Origin: an uncultured bacterium
GTDB taxonomy: Bacteria > Chlamydiota > Chlamydiia > Chlamydiales > SM23-39
NCBI GenBank assembly: GCA_964594545.1
Contig: CAZQNB010000004.1
Location: 6,511 to 67,822 of the forward strand
Direction: 5' to 3'
Length of the DNA: 61,312 bases
Made by a program: the position numbers and the translations under genes. This document shows, in pieces, positions 45,163-57,370 of the stretch; the stretch's first letter is position 1, and each line of letters opens with the position of its first letter. The notes below the pieces were generated by a model that saw only the letters and a list, made by a program, of their open reading frames with translations, did no database searches and was not told the origin of the DNA.

Positions 45163-45661
45163 AGAAGCGATCGATAGAAACAACAACACAATCTTGTCTT
45201 TCTAGAGGGCGAACCGTAAACTTTATTGGAGATAGACTAAGGAGTTCCTCCCACGTTCTTTCCTCTTCATTATAAAAGAGATTTGCTATTTCTTCATAGA
45301 GAAGAGACGTGACCCTGCGTACATTGTCTGCAAGAGAACCACTTAAAGAAGGGTTCACAACATTCAAAGGGGCATCTCCATGACAATCAATTGTAGATTC
45401 GACTGTTTCTGATTTTTCAACCACTAAATACACACATTTTCCTAAGATCCTTCGAATCGGATGTTCAAATCCGGTGCTATCTACCAAAGAACTAAAAGAC
45501 ATACAGGCTATATAAAGCTCTCGAACTTTGTTCTCATTGGCAATGACGTAATTTTGAAAATCTGTATCTATACTGAATTTCAAGCTCAAATTTCTATACC
45601 ATCCAGGGAAAGGTTCGTCTACCGAAAAGGGGAGAAACTCGCGAAACAAACGTATCGACAC
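45137..45661 (-). CDS. hypothetical protein (174 aa), distant tandem paralog of 45690..46214
   Basis: Same length as the neighbour. Shared N-terminal pattern LP...P.G(W/F)...F....D..F..Y...N......L...C..F. Confidence 0.4.
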   Translation of the reverse strand: MSIRLFREFLPFSVDEPFPGWYRNLSLKFSIDTDFQNYVIANENKVRELYIACMSFSSLVDSTGFEHPIRRILGKCVYLVVEKSETVESTIDCHGDAPLNVVNPSLSGSLADNVRRVTSLLYEEIANLFYNEEERTWEELLSLSPIKFTVRPLERQDCVVVSIDRFFNIPGPEN

Positions 45662-45689
45662 AAAGACCTCTTTCGAAATTCAGGGCCCG

Positions 45690-46214
45690 TCAATTTCGCA
45701 AAGCATAAGAAAACACTCTAGATACACCATTTCCTCTCACACGAACACCAGCGTAAATTCCGTTATATGAGCTCATTTCGAAATTCAAACTCCCTAAACC
45801 ACCAAGGTTGTTGCATACATGTGGACCTTGGGTTGCCAAAACCCCAATGATCACACTAATACACAAAGATTGTATATGATCCAAAGAGGTCTCGCCTTGG
45901 AGGGAAGAGTCTGTAGAGCCTGTAGAGGTGAATACACAAGAAAATTGGTCATGTTTCGTTTTTTCCATCGTAATAGAAACTCCTCCGGATATTCTCCTCC
46001 TTAATTCACTTTGCTGCGGAAGCCCTACATGACGCCAAAAATCTGCGCAATCATCAAAAAGATTCTTAAATCTATGTTGATTCGTCTTCATATAAGCAGC
46101 AAAAGAAGGATCTGTTGTCAATCTTTGCGTGAATGCATTCTGCGCACGCTGAAAACCCTCCGGAGGATTCTCCCTTAGAGTCGGCGGCAAATAGTTTACA
46201 AGATTTAACGTCAT
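45690..46214 (-). CDS. hypothetical protein (174 aa)
   Basis: ORF directly downstream of ligA on the same strand. Weak similarity to 45137..45661. Confidence 0.4.
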   Translation of the reverse strand: MTLNLVNYLPPTLRENPPEGFQRAQNAFTQRLTTDPSFAAYMKTNQHRFKNLFDDCADFWRHVGLPQQSELRRRISGGVSITMEKTKHDQFSCVFTSTGSTDSSLQGETSLDHIQSLCISVIIGVLATQGPHVCNNLGGLGSLNFEMSSYNGIYAGVRVRGNGVSRVFSYALRN

Positions 46215-46219
46215 AGACC

Positions 46220-50332
<4,113 letters not shown>

Positions 50333-50333
<1 letters not shown>

Positions 50334-50668
50334 TATTTCTTAGATCTCAAAGCAAAAACATAAAGTAGAGCGCCTAAAATAATGAGTACAATCCCACCTA
50401 TGAGAAGATTTTGCGCCATGTTGGCATAATAGGAGATCTCCCCTTTTGCATTACTGATCTTACGATCCGCAGATTTTGCCATCTGATCGCCGATTCCTTC
50501 CGTTGCAGGGCTTAAAGAAAATATCGCCTTTCCTCGATTTACTTTCCTTTCCGCACTAGACACTTGCATTTTCCCTTGCTCTACCTGATTATTGATGTAC
50601 ATTGAGCCGCCCACCATAACAATCCCAACCACGACGACAACAATTGCAATAATTTTCTTAACATTCAT
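50333..50668 (-). CDS. small two-TM membrane protein
   Basis: 111 aa with TM segments at both ends (IAIVVVVVGIVMVGG, LLIGGIVLIILGALLYVF). Its stop overlaps the glgB start by 1 nt. Confidence 0.5.
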
Positions 50669-50899
50669 AAAAAACTCCTTTGATTTCAGAAACCTTACTC
50701 ATATCTTATAAGAGTTTTTTTAGCTCCAATAACCGCTTTTTTGAAAAAATATTCGCAAAATTAAAAATTATTCTTGCATGAATAAAAATTTTCTTACATC
50801 AGTAATTGTTGAAGAGGAGAAAAGCGAAAGACCTACCTTAGGTTAAATTTTGTAGGATTAGCCTCGCCACTTTCTCCCAAGTTAACAAGGAAACACGGT

Positions 50900-51226
50900 A
50901 TGAAGAAAAAAGCAAAAAAAAGTGCAAAGAAAGCAACACCAAGAGCAAAGAAAAAAACAGCAAGTGCAAAGCCGAGAAAAAAATCTGGCCTAACACAGAC
51001 TACCTATTCAGTCTCTGAAGAGCTCCAAGCGGTTGTCGGATCAAAAAACCTCACACGCCCTCAAATTGTAAAAAAATTGTGGGAATATATTAAGGCAAAA
51101 AAATGCCAAGACTCTAAAAACAGACGCATGATCAACCCGGATGATAAATTATCTAAAGTGATCGGCAACAGACCTGTGGACATGCTAAAACTAGCAACCC
51201 ACCTCAACAAGCACATTAAAAAATAA
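50900..51226 (+). CDS. SWIB/MDM2-domain protein with Lys-rich N-terminal tail
   Basis: KKKAKKSAKKATPRAKKKT tail, then LTRPQIVKKLWEYIKAKKCQDSKNRRMINPDDKL (SWIB pattern). Confidence 0.85.
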   Translation: MKKKAKKSAKKATPRAKKKTASAKPRKKSGLTQTTYSVSEELQAVVGSKNLTRPQIVKKLWEYIKAKKCQDSKNRRMINPDDKLSKVIGNRPVDMLKLATHLNKHIKK

Positions 51227-51241
51227 TTTTACACTTATTCT

Positions 51242-51281
51242 AAGACCCCTCTTGTTCAAAGCTGGGGTCTTCTTCTTTTTT
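51242..51281 (+). terminator. rho-independent terminator
   Basis: AAGACCCC (51242-49) / GGGGTCTT (51264-71) followed by CTTCTTTTTT. Confidence 0.7.
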
Positions 51282-51376
51282 CCATCCCAAGTATATAATT
51301 TTATTTTTACTTCGTGAATAATATAAATAAATCGCGTATAATTACATTATAAAACAAACAATAAAAATGATTTAAT

Positions 51377-52096
51377 ATGACAATCACAGGAATAAACACA
51401 ATAACCCCTGCCGAAGCCCTAAGAGCCGTAAGAATGGGCGTAATTTCAAGCGCAAAAGCTCTAAAAGTCATCGTACCTCCAGTCTTAGGACTTACTGTTG
51501 GTCTTGCTGGCGGATCAATAGCTACAAGCATGCTGTATGATAAGTTCTTCGCAATGAGACAAGTAAATGTTTTAATCCCGGAAGTTTTGCCGGAAGTTCC
51601 TGCGGTTACACCGGAACCCCTCCCAGCCCCACCTGTTACCACCGAAGCAGAGCCGGAAGCTCCGACAGCTACACCGGAACACCCAAATCCCAAAGTTACA
51701 AAAGGCGCTGTCAAAGCCCTCCAAATCGGACTCGGGGTGCTTTTTGCTGCAAGCATCGCTGCGACTGTTTATGGAGTCTATAAGGAAGAAGCCTCTGTAT
51801 CCGCAGCGATCAAAAAAGGTGCTGCATTTGTAGAGTTAAAGCTAAACGACGGCGTCGTTCCTATGGGCAATAAAGAAACTCTAGCTGAGGGGCTGCCTGA
51901 TTTTTCAGCGTTCCCAACTATCACACAAACTCCTACAGGGGAGTCTTTGAAAAAGCTCATGGATGAATTCACTCTACCAACGATTTTTATTTCTTTAAAA
52001 TCGATAATGAATGGATTCATTTTACCAGACATATTGAACACCCCAAGCAATCTCCCGATTGCAAGGATCGCTGTCAGCGCTCTACTCAAAAGATAA
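51377..52096 (+). CDS. hypothetical membrane protein with Pro/Glu/Thr-rich linker
   Basis: 239-aa ORF with TM segments and PEVLPEVPAVTPEPLPAPPVTTEAEPEAPTATPEHP. Confidence 0.45.
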   Translation: MTITGINTITPAEALRAVRMGVISSAKALKVIVPPVLGLTVGLAGGSIATSMLYDKFFAMRQVNVLIPEVLPEVPAVTPEPLPAPPVTTEAEPEAPTATPEHPNPKVTKGAVKALQIGLGVLFAASIAATVYGVYKEEASVSAAIKKGAAFVELKLNDGVVPMGNKETLAEGLPDFSAFPTITQTPTGESLKKLMDEFTLPTIFISLKSIMNGFILPDILNTPSNLPIARIAVSALLKR

Positions 52097-52106
52097 TTTA
52101 TCTCTA

Positions 52107-52147
52107 GGGGCATCTTCTTAAAAGAGAAGATGCCCCCTTCTTTTTTC
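52107..52147 (+). terminator. rho-independent terminator
   Basis: GGGGCATCTTCT / loop TAAAAG / AGAAGATGCCCC followed by CTTCTTTTTTC. Confidence 0.75.
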
Positions 52148-52282
52148 TAATAAATCAAAAAATTTCTAGAAAAGAACTCTTCAATCAGCAAATATCTCTG
52201 GCAATAAAGAGCTAGGTGTTGTTAACATTTACCACGCCGGCACCCCTCAGAAACGCCGGTAGATAAACTGGAAAAAAGAGTA

Positions 52283-53584
52283 TTGATGGCTAACAAAAAA
52301 AAGATTGAAGGACCTCGCTCTAATTACCGATGGGTAGTTTCCGGATTAATTTTTTTTATCACTCTTGTTAACTTCATCGACCGATCAGCCATCTCCTTCA
52401 TCATCGACCCCCTAAAGCAAGAATTCCATTTTACAGATACTGAGTTTGGACTCATTCTCTCGTCCTTTGGCGCCGGGTATTTCGTCCTTACGATATTGGG
52501 CGGTTGGCTTGTCGACAAACTAGGCGCCAGACTTATTTGGCCGCTTGCAGCTTTAGGATGGTCTCTATGCGTCGGATTTTTAGGTCTTGCCGCCGGTTTT
52601 TGGGGATTCATGGGACTCCGCTTTCTTCTTGGCGTCGCAGAAGGCCCTCACTTCCCGGCCATGTCCCGCTCCATCAGCAATTGGCTTTCCCCCTCTGAAA
52701 GAGCCCGAGCCCTCTCGATCGGCCTTGTAGCGATCCCCCTTTCTTCTGTCATCGGAGCCCCGATTACATCGTATCTTGTTGAAGATTACGGCTGGCGCGC
52801 TATGTTTTTCATCATCAGCTCTGTAGGAATTCTTTGGGCAGGTGTATGGTATTGGCTTTTCCGAGATAGACCGGAAGACTCCCCTTATGTAAATCAAGCA
52901 GAACAAGAACATATTGCAGCCACAAAAACCCAAAAAACCGGCGAAAAGAACGCCCCTCGATGCTGGCGCTTCATCTTGACTCACCCTGTGCTTATTGCCA
53001 ATAACATCGCTTATTTCGCATTCGGGTATATGCTCTTTTTCGCTACATTATGGCTCCCCGGATATTTCATCTCTCAATACGGACTTAACCTCAAAGCTGT
53101 TGGATGGTACCTGACCATTCCGTGGCTTGCGGGCGCTCTCTTTTTAAAAGCAGGCGGCATTTTTTCTGACTATATCCACAAAAAAACAGGAAGAAATCGC
53201 CTGGCCAGATCTCACATCATTTGGGGCAGCCAGCTCTTAGCCGCAATATGCTTTGTGATCTTGAGCTTTACCGACACACTGGGGCTTTCGATTCTGTTCC
53301 TCAGCTTAGGACTTGGATTTGGCTTGATGCCGCAATCCGTTATTTTCAGCGTCAACATAGATGTCGCAAAAGAGCGAGCCGGATCCGCTCAAGGGATCAC
53401 CTCAGGATGCCTTTCTCTAGCAGGCGTCATTGCCCCATTGATCACTGGATGGTTAGTCGAAGTAACAGGCGATTTTCAAGCAGCATTTTTATTGCTTGCC
53501 GGCCTTTCCCTGATCTCCGTTCTCACAGTCATTATCTTCCATCACCCTGACCGACAATGGTCCCTCCGCGCCTCGCAGTACTAA
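52283..53584 (+). CDS. MFS transporter, anion:cation symporter (ACS) family-like
   Basis: FIDRSAISFIIDPLKQEF, GGWLVDKLGAR and a 12-TM profile. Confidence 0.8.
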   Translation: MMANKKKIEGPRSNYRWVVSGLIFFITLVNFIDRSAISFIIDPLKQEFHFTDTEFGLILSSFGAGYFVLTILGGWLVDKLGARLIWPLAALGWSLCVGFLGLAAGFWGFMGLRFLLGVAEGPHFPAMSRSISNWLSPSERARALSIGLVAIPLSSVIGAPITSYLVEDYGWRAMFFIISSVGILWAGVWYWLFRDRPEDSPYVNQAEQEHIAATKTQKTGEKNAPRCWRFILTHPVLIANNIAYFAFGYMLFFATLWLPGYFISQYGLNLKAVGWYLTIPWLAGALFLKAGGIFSDYIHKKTGRNRLARSHIIWGSQLLAAICFVILSFTDTLGLSILFLSLGLGFGLMPQSVIFSVNIDVAKERAGSAQGITSGCLSLAGVIAPLITGWLVEVTGDFQAAFLLLAGLSLISVLTVIIFHHPDRQWSLRASQY

Positions 53585-53784
53585 ATTATTTGCCTCCGTA
53601 CCGGACAAAAAAAGGGACAAGATCGATCGTCCCCGAATCTAGGCCCCGGATCGGCAGGATCGGAAAGACGCCGGCAGGAAAAGAAAATATATCTTGTTTA
53701 TCCTGCCGGCGTCTTTCCGATCCTGCCCGCACGTCTCGTGCGGATCCTGTTATTATTTTTTTGTCCGGTACAGAGATTATTTGC
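53585..53784. mobile_element. 182-bp MITE (53594-53775) flanked by a 9-bp direct repeat
   Basis: 20-nt terminal inverted repeats CTCCGTACCGGACAAAAAAA / TTTTTTTGTCCGGTACAGAG (1 mismatch). Inner 27-nt arms GGCAGGATCGGAAAGACGCCGGCAGGA. ATTATTTGC occurs at 53585-93 and 53776-84. Confidence 0.8.
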
Positions 53785-53838
53785 AGACAAATCGACCCTC
53801 ATCTATATACAAAATAAAGAGTCTTTAATGAGGAATTT

Positions 53839-53973
53839 ATGCACCCAATAATCGGTCCAGTCATTTCAATCATCGCGGGAATTCTCGTGCTGATGTATCC
53901 ACGTCTTTTAAACTATGTTGTGGCCATCTACCTGATTCTTTTCGGGATCGTAGAGCTCCTCAACAGATATTAA
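53839..53973 (+). CDS. DUF3096-like small membrane protein (44 aa, absent from the ORF track)
   Basis: MHPIIGPVISIIAGILVLMYPRLLNYVVAIYLILFGIVELLNRY. GAGGA lies 4 nt upstream of the ATG. Matches the remembered DUF3096 pattern (AGILIL..PRLLNYIVAIYLI). Confidence 0.6.
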   Translation: MHPIIGPVISIIAGILVLMYPRLLNYVVAIYLILFGIVELLNRY

Positions 53974-54045
53974 AAAAGTAAGTTGTTATTTACTTGACGC
54001 CTATGTAAGATAATCCGCTTTAGAGTTCTAAAGCGGATTTTCCTT

Positions 54046-55857
54046 ATGAAAGCACTTGTGATTTTTCTCTGTACCCTCGCGCAGCTTCAAGCTTCTATTT
54101 TTGATTGGTTTAGTCCTCTTTCCGACAAAGCCAAACGGGCGCAAACCATTCTAGAAGGATTTGATCCAATTGTTGAGAAAGCACTCAAAGATTACCTCAT
54201 CCCGGGAGTTGCCATCGGCGTTGTTGTCGATGGTCATATCGTATATACGAAAGGCTTTGGGTTTCGCGATGTAGAAAAAAAACATCCCATGACCATCGAT
54301 ACGATGCTTCCCATCGGCTCATGCACTAAAGCGTTTACCACATTTGCCATCGCCACTCTCGTTGATGAAGGGCTTCTTCATTGGGACCAAAAGGTCATCG
54401 ATATTCTCCCGGAATTTCGCATTAACGACCCTTACGCTACGCAAAATCTAACGATCAGAGACCTATTGACACACAGATCCGGTTTACCGAGACACGATTT
54501 CATGTGGTATAACTCTAACTTAACAAGAACGCAAGTCATGCAAAGACTGCGCTTCCTCGAACCCTCGTGCAACATCCGCGAAAGATACCAATACAACAAT
54601 TTGATGTATCTTACCGCAGGATATGCAATTGAAAATCTCACAGGAGAAAGCTGGGAAGCGTTAGTCCAAGAAAAAATCTTGCAGCCGCTCAATATGTCCC
54701 ACACCAACTTTTCCATTGCCGACATGCAAAAAACAAATGATTTTGCCTGTCCCTACATAGAAAAAAACGGGAAGATTGAAAAAATGAACTTCCGAGATAT
54801 CTCTCTCATTGGCCCCGCAGGATCGATGAATTCAAGCGTCCGCGACCTCACATCATGGGTACAGATGAATCTCAATGGAGGAGTGCATAAAAACAATTCC
54901 CTTCTCAACCCCGCGCTATTACAAGAAATCCATTCCCCTCAAGTAGTTGTTCCCGGAGCGCCGGAGACAAAAGAGGCGGTTTTATATGCCTATGGCTTGG
55001 GCTGGGGAATCTCATCCTACCGAGGTCAATATTATTTAAGCCATGATGGCGTGTCCGATGGATTCACTTCGACTGTAGGACTTCTCCCCATGCAAGGGAT
55101 TGGAGTCATTGTTCTTGCCAATCGCAATCTCTGCTCATTTCCCCGCATCATCTCGCTTCTACTGATTGATCGCGTTCTTGAATTACCTTTTATCGACTGG
55201 ATTAAAGAAGGTCTTGAAGGAATGCAAAAAATGCAACCCTCGGAATACGCAGATGAACGCAAAGGAGATCCTTTACAAAAAAAGGACACAAAACCCTCTC
55301 ATCCACTCGAAGATTTTGTAGGGACTTTTGAAAATCCCGGATATGGCTCCCTCTCGTTTGAACTAGAAGACGGCAAACTAAAAGCGATTTTTAATGGGGT
55401 CTCTAGTGTATTAGACCATTGGCACTATGATGTATTCAATGTCGTTTCTGAAGATCAACACACCCTTTTTTCGAGAACAGGGACAAAAATGACTTTTCAT
55501 GGGGATCTCCGTGGAGATATTGCCGAAGTTAGCATCCCTTTTGAGCCTGCAGTCGGAGATATCGTCTTCAAAAGAAAAAGAGAAGAGATCCATTCTAACA
55601 CCTCCTATTACAAAAAATTCATCGGCCTCTATGAGATCTACGGCTATACAGTTGAAATCGCAATCCGAAATCACACCTTATGTGGCATCATTCCCGGACA
55701 GCCGATCTATGAGCTTGTCCCGGGCGCTGAAAATGAATTTACCGTAAAATCGATGTCCGGATATAACCTCCGCTTTATCCTGTCTCCGGACGGTCGGGTG
55801 GAAGAAGCTCTCTTCGTTCAACCTTATGGAGCCTTTACCGCAAAACCAAAACGGTGA
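54046..55857 (+). CDS. secreted beta-lactamase-family serine hydrolase with C-terminal extra domain
   Basis: Signal peptide MKALVIFLCTLAQLQA. SxxK (GSCTKAF), YxN (YQYNNLMY). About 200-aa C-terminal beta-rich domain. Confidence 0.8.
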   Translation: MKALVIFLCTLAQLQASIFDWFSPLSDKAKRAQTILEGFDPIVEKALKDYLIPGVAIGVVVDGHIVYTKGFGFRDVEKKHPMTIDTMLPIGSCTKAFTTFAIATLVDEGLLHWDQKVIDILPEFRINDPYATQNLTIRDLLTHRSGLPRHDFMWYNSNLTRTQVMQRLRFLEPSCNIRERYQYNNLMYLTAGYAIENLTGESWEALVQEKILQPLNMSHTNFSIADMQKTNDFACPYIEKNGKIEKMNFRDISLIGPAGSMNSSVRDLTSWVQMNLNGGVHKNNSLLNPALLQEIHSPQVVVPGAPETKEAVLYAYGLGWGISSYRGQYYLSHDGVSDGFTSTVGLLPMQGIGVIVLANRNLCSFPRIISLLLIDRVLELPFIDWIKEGLEGMQKMQPSEYADERKGDPLQKKDTKPSHPLEDFVGTFENPGYGSLSFELEDGKLKAIFNGVSSVLDHWHYDVFNVVSEDQHTLFSRTGTKMTFHGDLRGDIAEVSIPFEPAVGDIVFKRKREEIHSNTSYYKKFIGLYEIYGYTVEIAIRNHTLCGIIPGQPIYELVPGAENEFTVKSMSGYNLRFILSPDGRVEEALFVQPYGAFTAKPKR

Positions 55858-55876
55858 TAAAATATATTTTACCCTA

Positions 55877-56211
55877 GGGAGTGTTCCATAAAGATTCTTC
55901 TGTCGATTTTCGGGTTCTTTTGCGCCGATTTTTGATTTAAATTTGGGGGGTAATATCGACATAGGTATATAACCCCCCAAATTTAAATTGAAAATCGGCC
56001 AAAATAATACCAATCGCAAAAAATAACTTCCTATTTAAGCGCGTCAAAGCGTCGAAAATCGAAGATCGTAAGTGGCATTGTATTGACTTAATACTATGCC
56101 ACTTACGATCTTCGATTTGTCGACAGCTTTCACGCAGCTTAAATAGGAAGTTATTTATTGCGTTTGGTATAATCCCGAAAATCGACGAAGCAATCTTTAT
56201 GGAACACTCCC
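55877..56211. repeat. nested palindromic complex (outer 38-nt arms enclosing a 74-bp and a 167-bp palindrome)
   Basis: Outer arms 55877-55914 vs 56174-56211. Palindrome 55925-55998 (arms CCGATTTTTGATTTAAATTTGGGGGG). Palindrome 56004-56170 (arms ATACCAATCGCAAAAAATAACTTCCTATTTAAGCGCGTCAAAGCGTCGAAAATCGAAGATCGTAAGTGGCAT). Confidence 0.85.
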
Positions 56212-57311
56212 CAGCACTTCTCTTGCCATTTGTGAGCATTTATGGTAAAAATGTAGGGCATATGATTTGGTCAATCTATACCTTCATCATTTACCTTATG
56301 GCGTTTATCCATACGCCGGGGAATGCGCTCACAAGAAGCGACACGCAATCTGCCTTCAATAATGAAGCCATTGGAGTCCGGACATTCCAATACCAGGATG
56401 GAAGCCGCAATCGGCCTGTCATCGTTGAATTTTGGTACCCAACCGATGAAGTCGGCGTATCTCTTGACATTGCCGAAGATAGCGTCTGGATTCACCCCAA
56501 AGAAGCTCGAAATGTCGAAATTTCTAGTAGTAAACGATCTTACCCTCTGATCCTTATGTCTCATGGATACCGAGGAGACCGGAGAGAAGGGACATGGCTT
56601 GTCGATGCTCTTGTCAGACAAGGTTACGTAGTCGCCTCAGTCGAGCATCACGGGAATACTTGGCACCACTTCAATCCCCTCTCAGGCTTCTGTTTTTGGG
56701 ATCGAGCGAAGGATATTTCTTTTTCCATTACCCGGATTCTTGAGGAACAGAGTATTAAAGATTTTATAGATAAAGAGCGGATTGGCTTTGTTGGCTATTC
56801 TATGGGTGGGATGACGGGCCTTGCTTTGGCCGGCGCAAAGGTGAAAGAAGCAAAACAGATCGCGATTGCCCAACAAGGCCAGACAGGCCTTGCGATTCCT
56901 CCGGAAGCCCTCAATCAAATCGATTTTTCTGAAGCTGAAAAAAACTATAAAGACGAAAGAATCAAGTCCATCTTACTTATTTGCCCAGCTACTTTTGCCT
57001 ATCTCCCCGATTCTCTCAAACAAATTAGAATGCCGATTGGACTCATCGCATCTATCGATGATGAGCTTCTTCCCCATAGAGAGCATGCAAATAAAATCAT
57101 TAAAAGCATAACCCCCTATAAATTAAAGCTTTTGAGAAATAAGACATCCCATTACGCGTTTCTCAACAAGATGACAGAAAAGGGTTACCAAATTTTACAG
57201 AAGACAACGACATCGGCTTCTGCTTTAAACTGGGCGCCGATCCATAAAGAAGCGACCTCATTTGCGATTAAATTCTTCAAAGAAACACTCCCCCCTACTG
57301 ACAATAAATAA
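56199..57311 (+). CDS. alpha/beta hydrolase (dienelactone hydrolase / PAF-acetylhydrolase-like)
   Basis: YPLILMSHGYRGDR and nucleophile elbow VGYSMGGMTG. ATG 56199 lies inside the repeat arm, so the true start may be ATG 56262 (MIWSIYTFIIYLMAF). Confidence 0.7.
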   Translation: MEHSPALLLPFVSIYGKNVGHMIWSIYTFIIYLMAFIHTPGNALTRSDTQSAFNNEAIGVRTFQYQDGSRNRPVIVEFWYPTDEVGVSLDIAEDSVWIHPKEARNVEISSSKRSYPLILMSHGYRGDRREGTWLVDALVRQGYVVASVEHHGNTWHHFNPLSGFCFWDRAKDISFSITRILEEQSIKDFIDKERIGFVGYSMGGMTGLALAGAKVKEAKQIAIAQQGQTGLAIPPEALNQIDFSEAEKNYKDERIKSILLICPATFAYLPDSLKQIRMPIGLIASIDDELLPHREHANKIIKSITPYKLKLLRNKTSHYAFLNKMTEKGYQILQKTTTSASALNWAPIHKEATSFAIKFFKETLPPTDNK

Positions 57312-57370
57312 CTTTACGCTAAATATTAAATTTTTCTACCATGAATCCCTTTTTATGAAAGGGGTTAGTT

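Noticed and set aside
51307-51756. 149-aa minus-strand ORF opposite the Pro-rich membrane protein gene
   Set aside because: It has a Gly/Ser/Thr-rich mirror translation of the PEVP-repeat region. The plus-strand ORF is longer and is followed by a strong terminator.
53557-53817. 86-aa ORF spanning the MITE
   Set aside because: It starts inside the 3' end of the MFS gene in another frame and is composed of repeat sequence. It has Arg/Pro-rich low complexity.
55877-56211. Possibility that the repeat-dense spacers are CRISPR arrays
   Set aside because: The repeats are inverted (hairpin) rather than direct, are not regularly spaced with unique spacers, and no cas genes are present in the window.
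57346-57362. Small hairpin CCCTTT-TTATG-AAAGGG just upstream of the TPR gene start
   Set aside because: It has only 6 bp and overlaps the probable ribosome-binding site. This is insufficient to call it a regulatory element.
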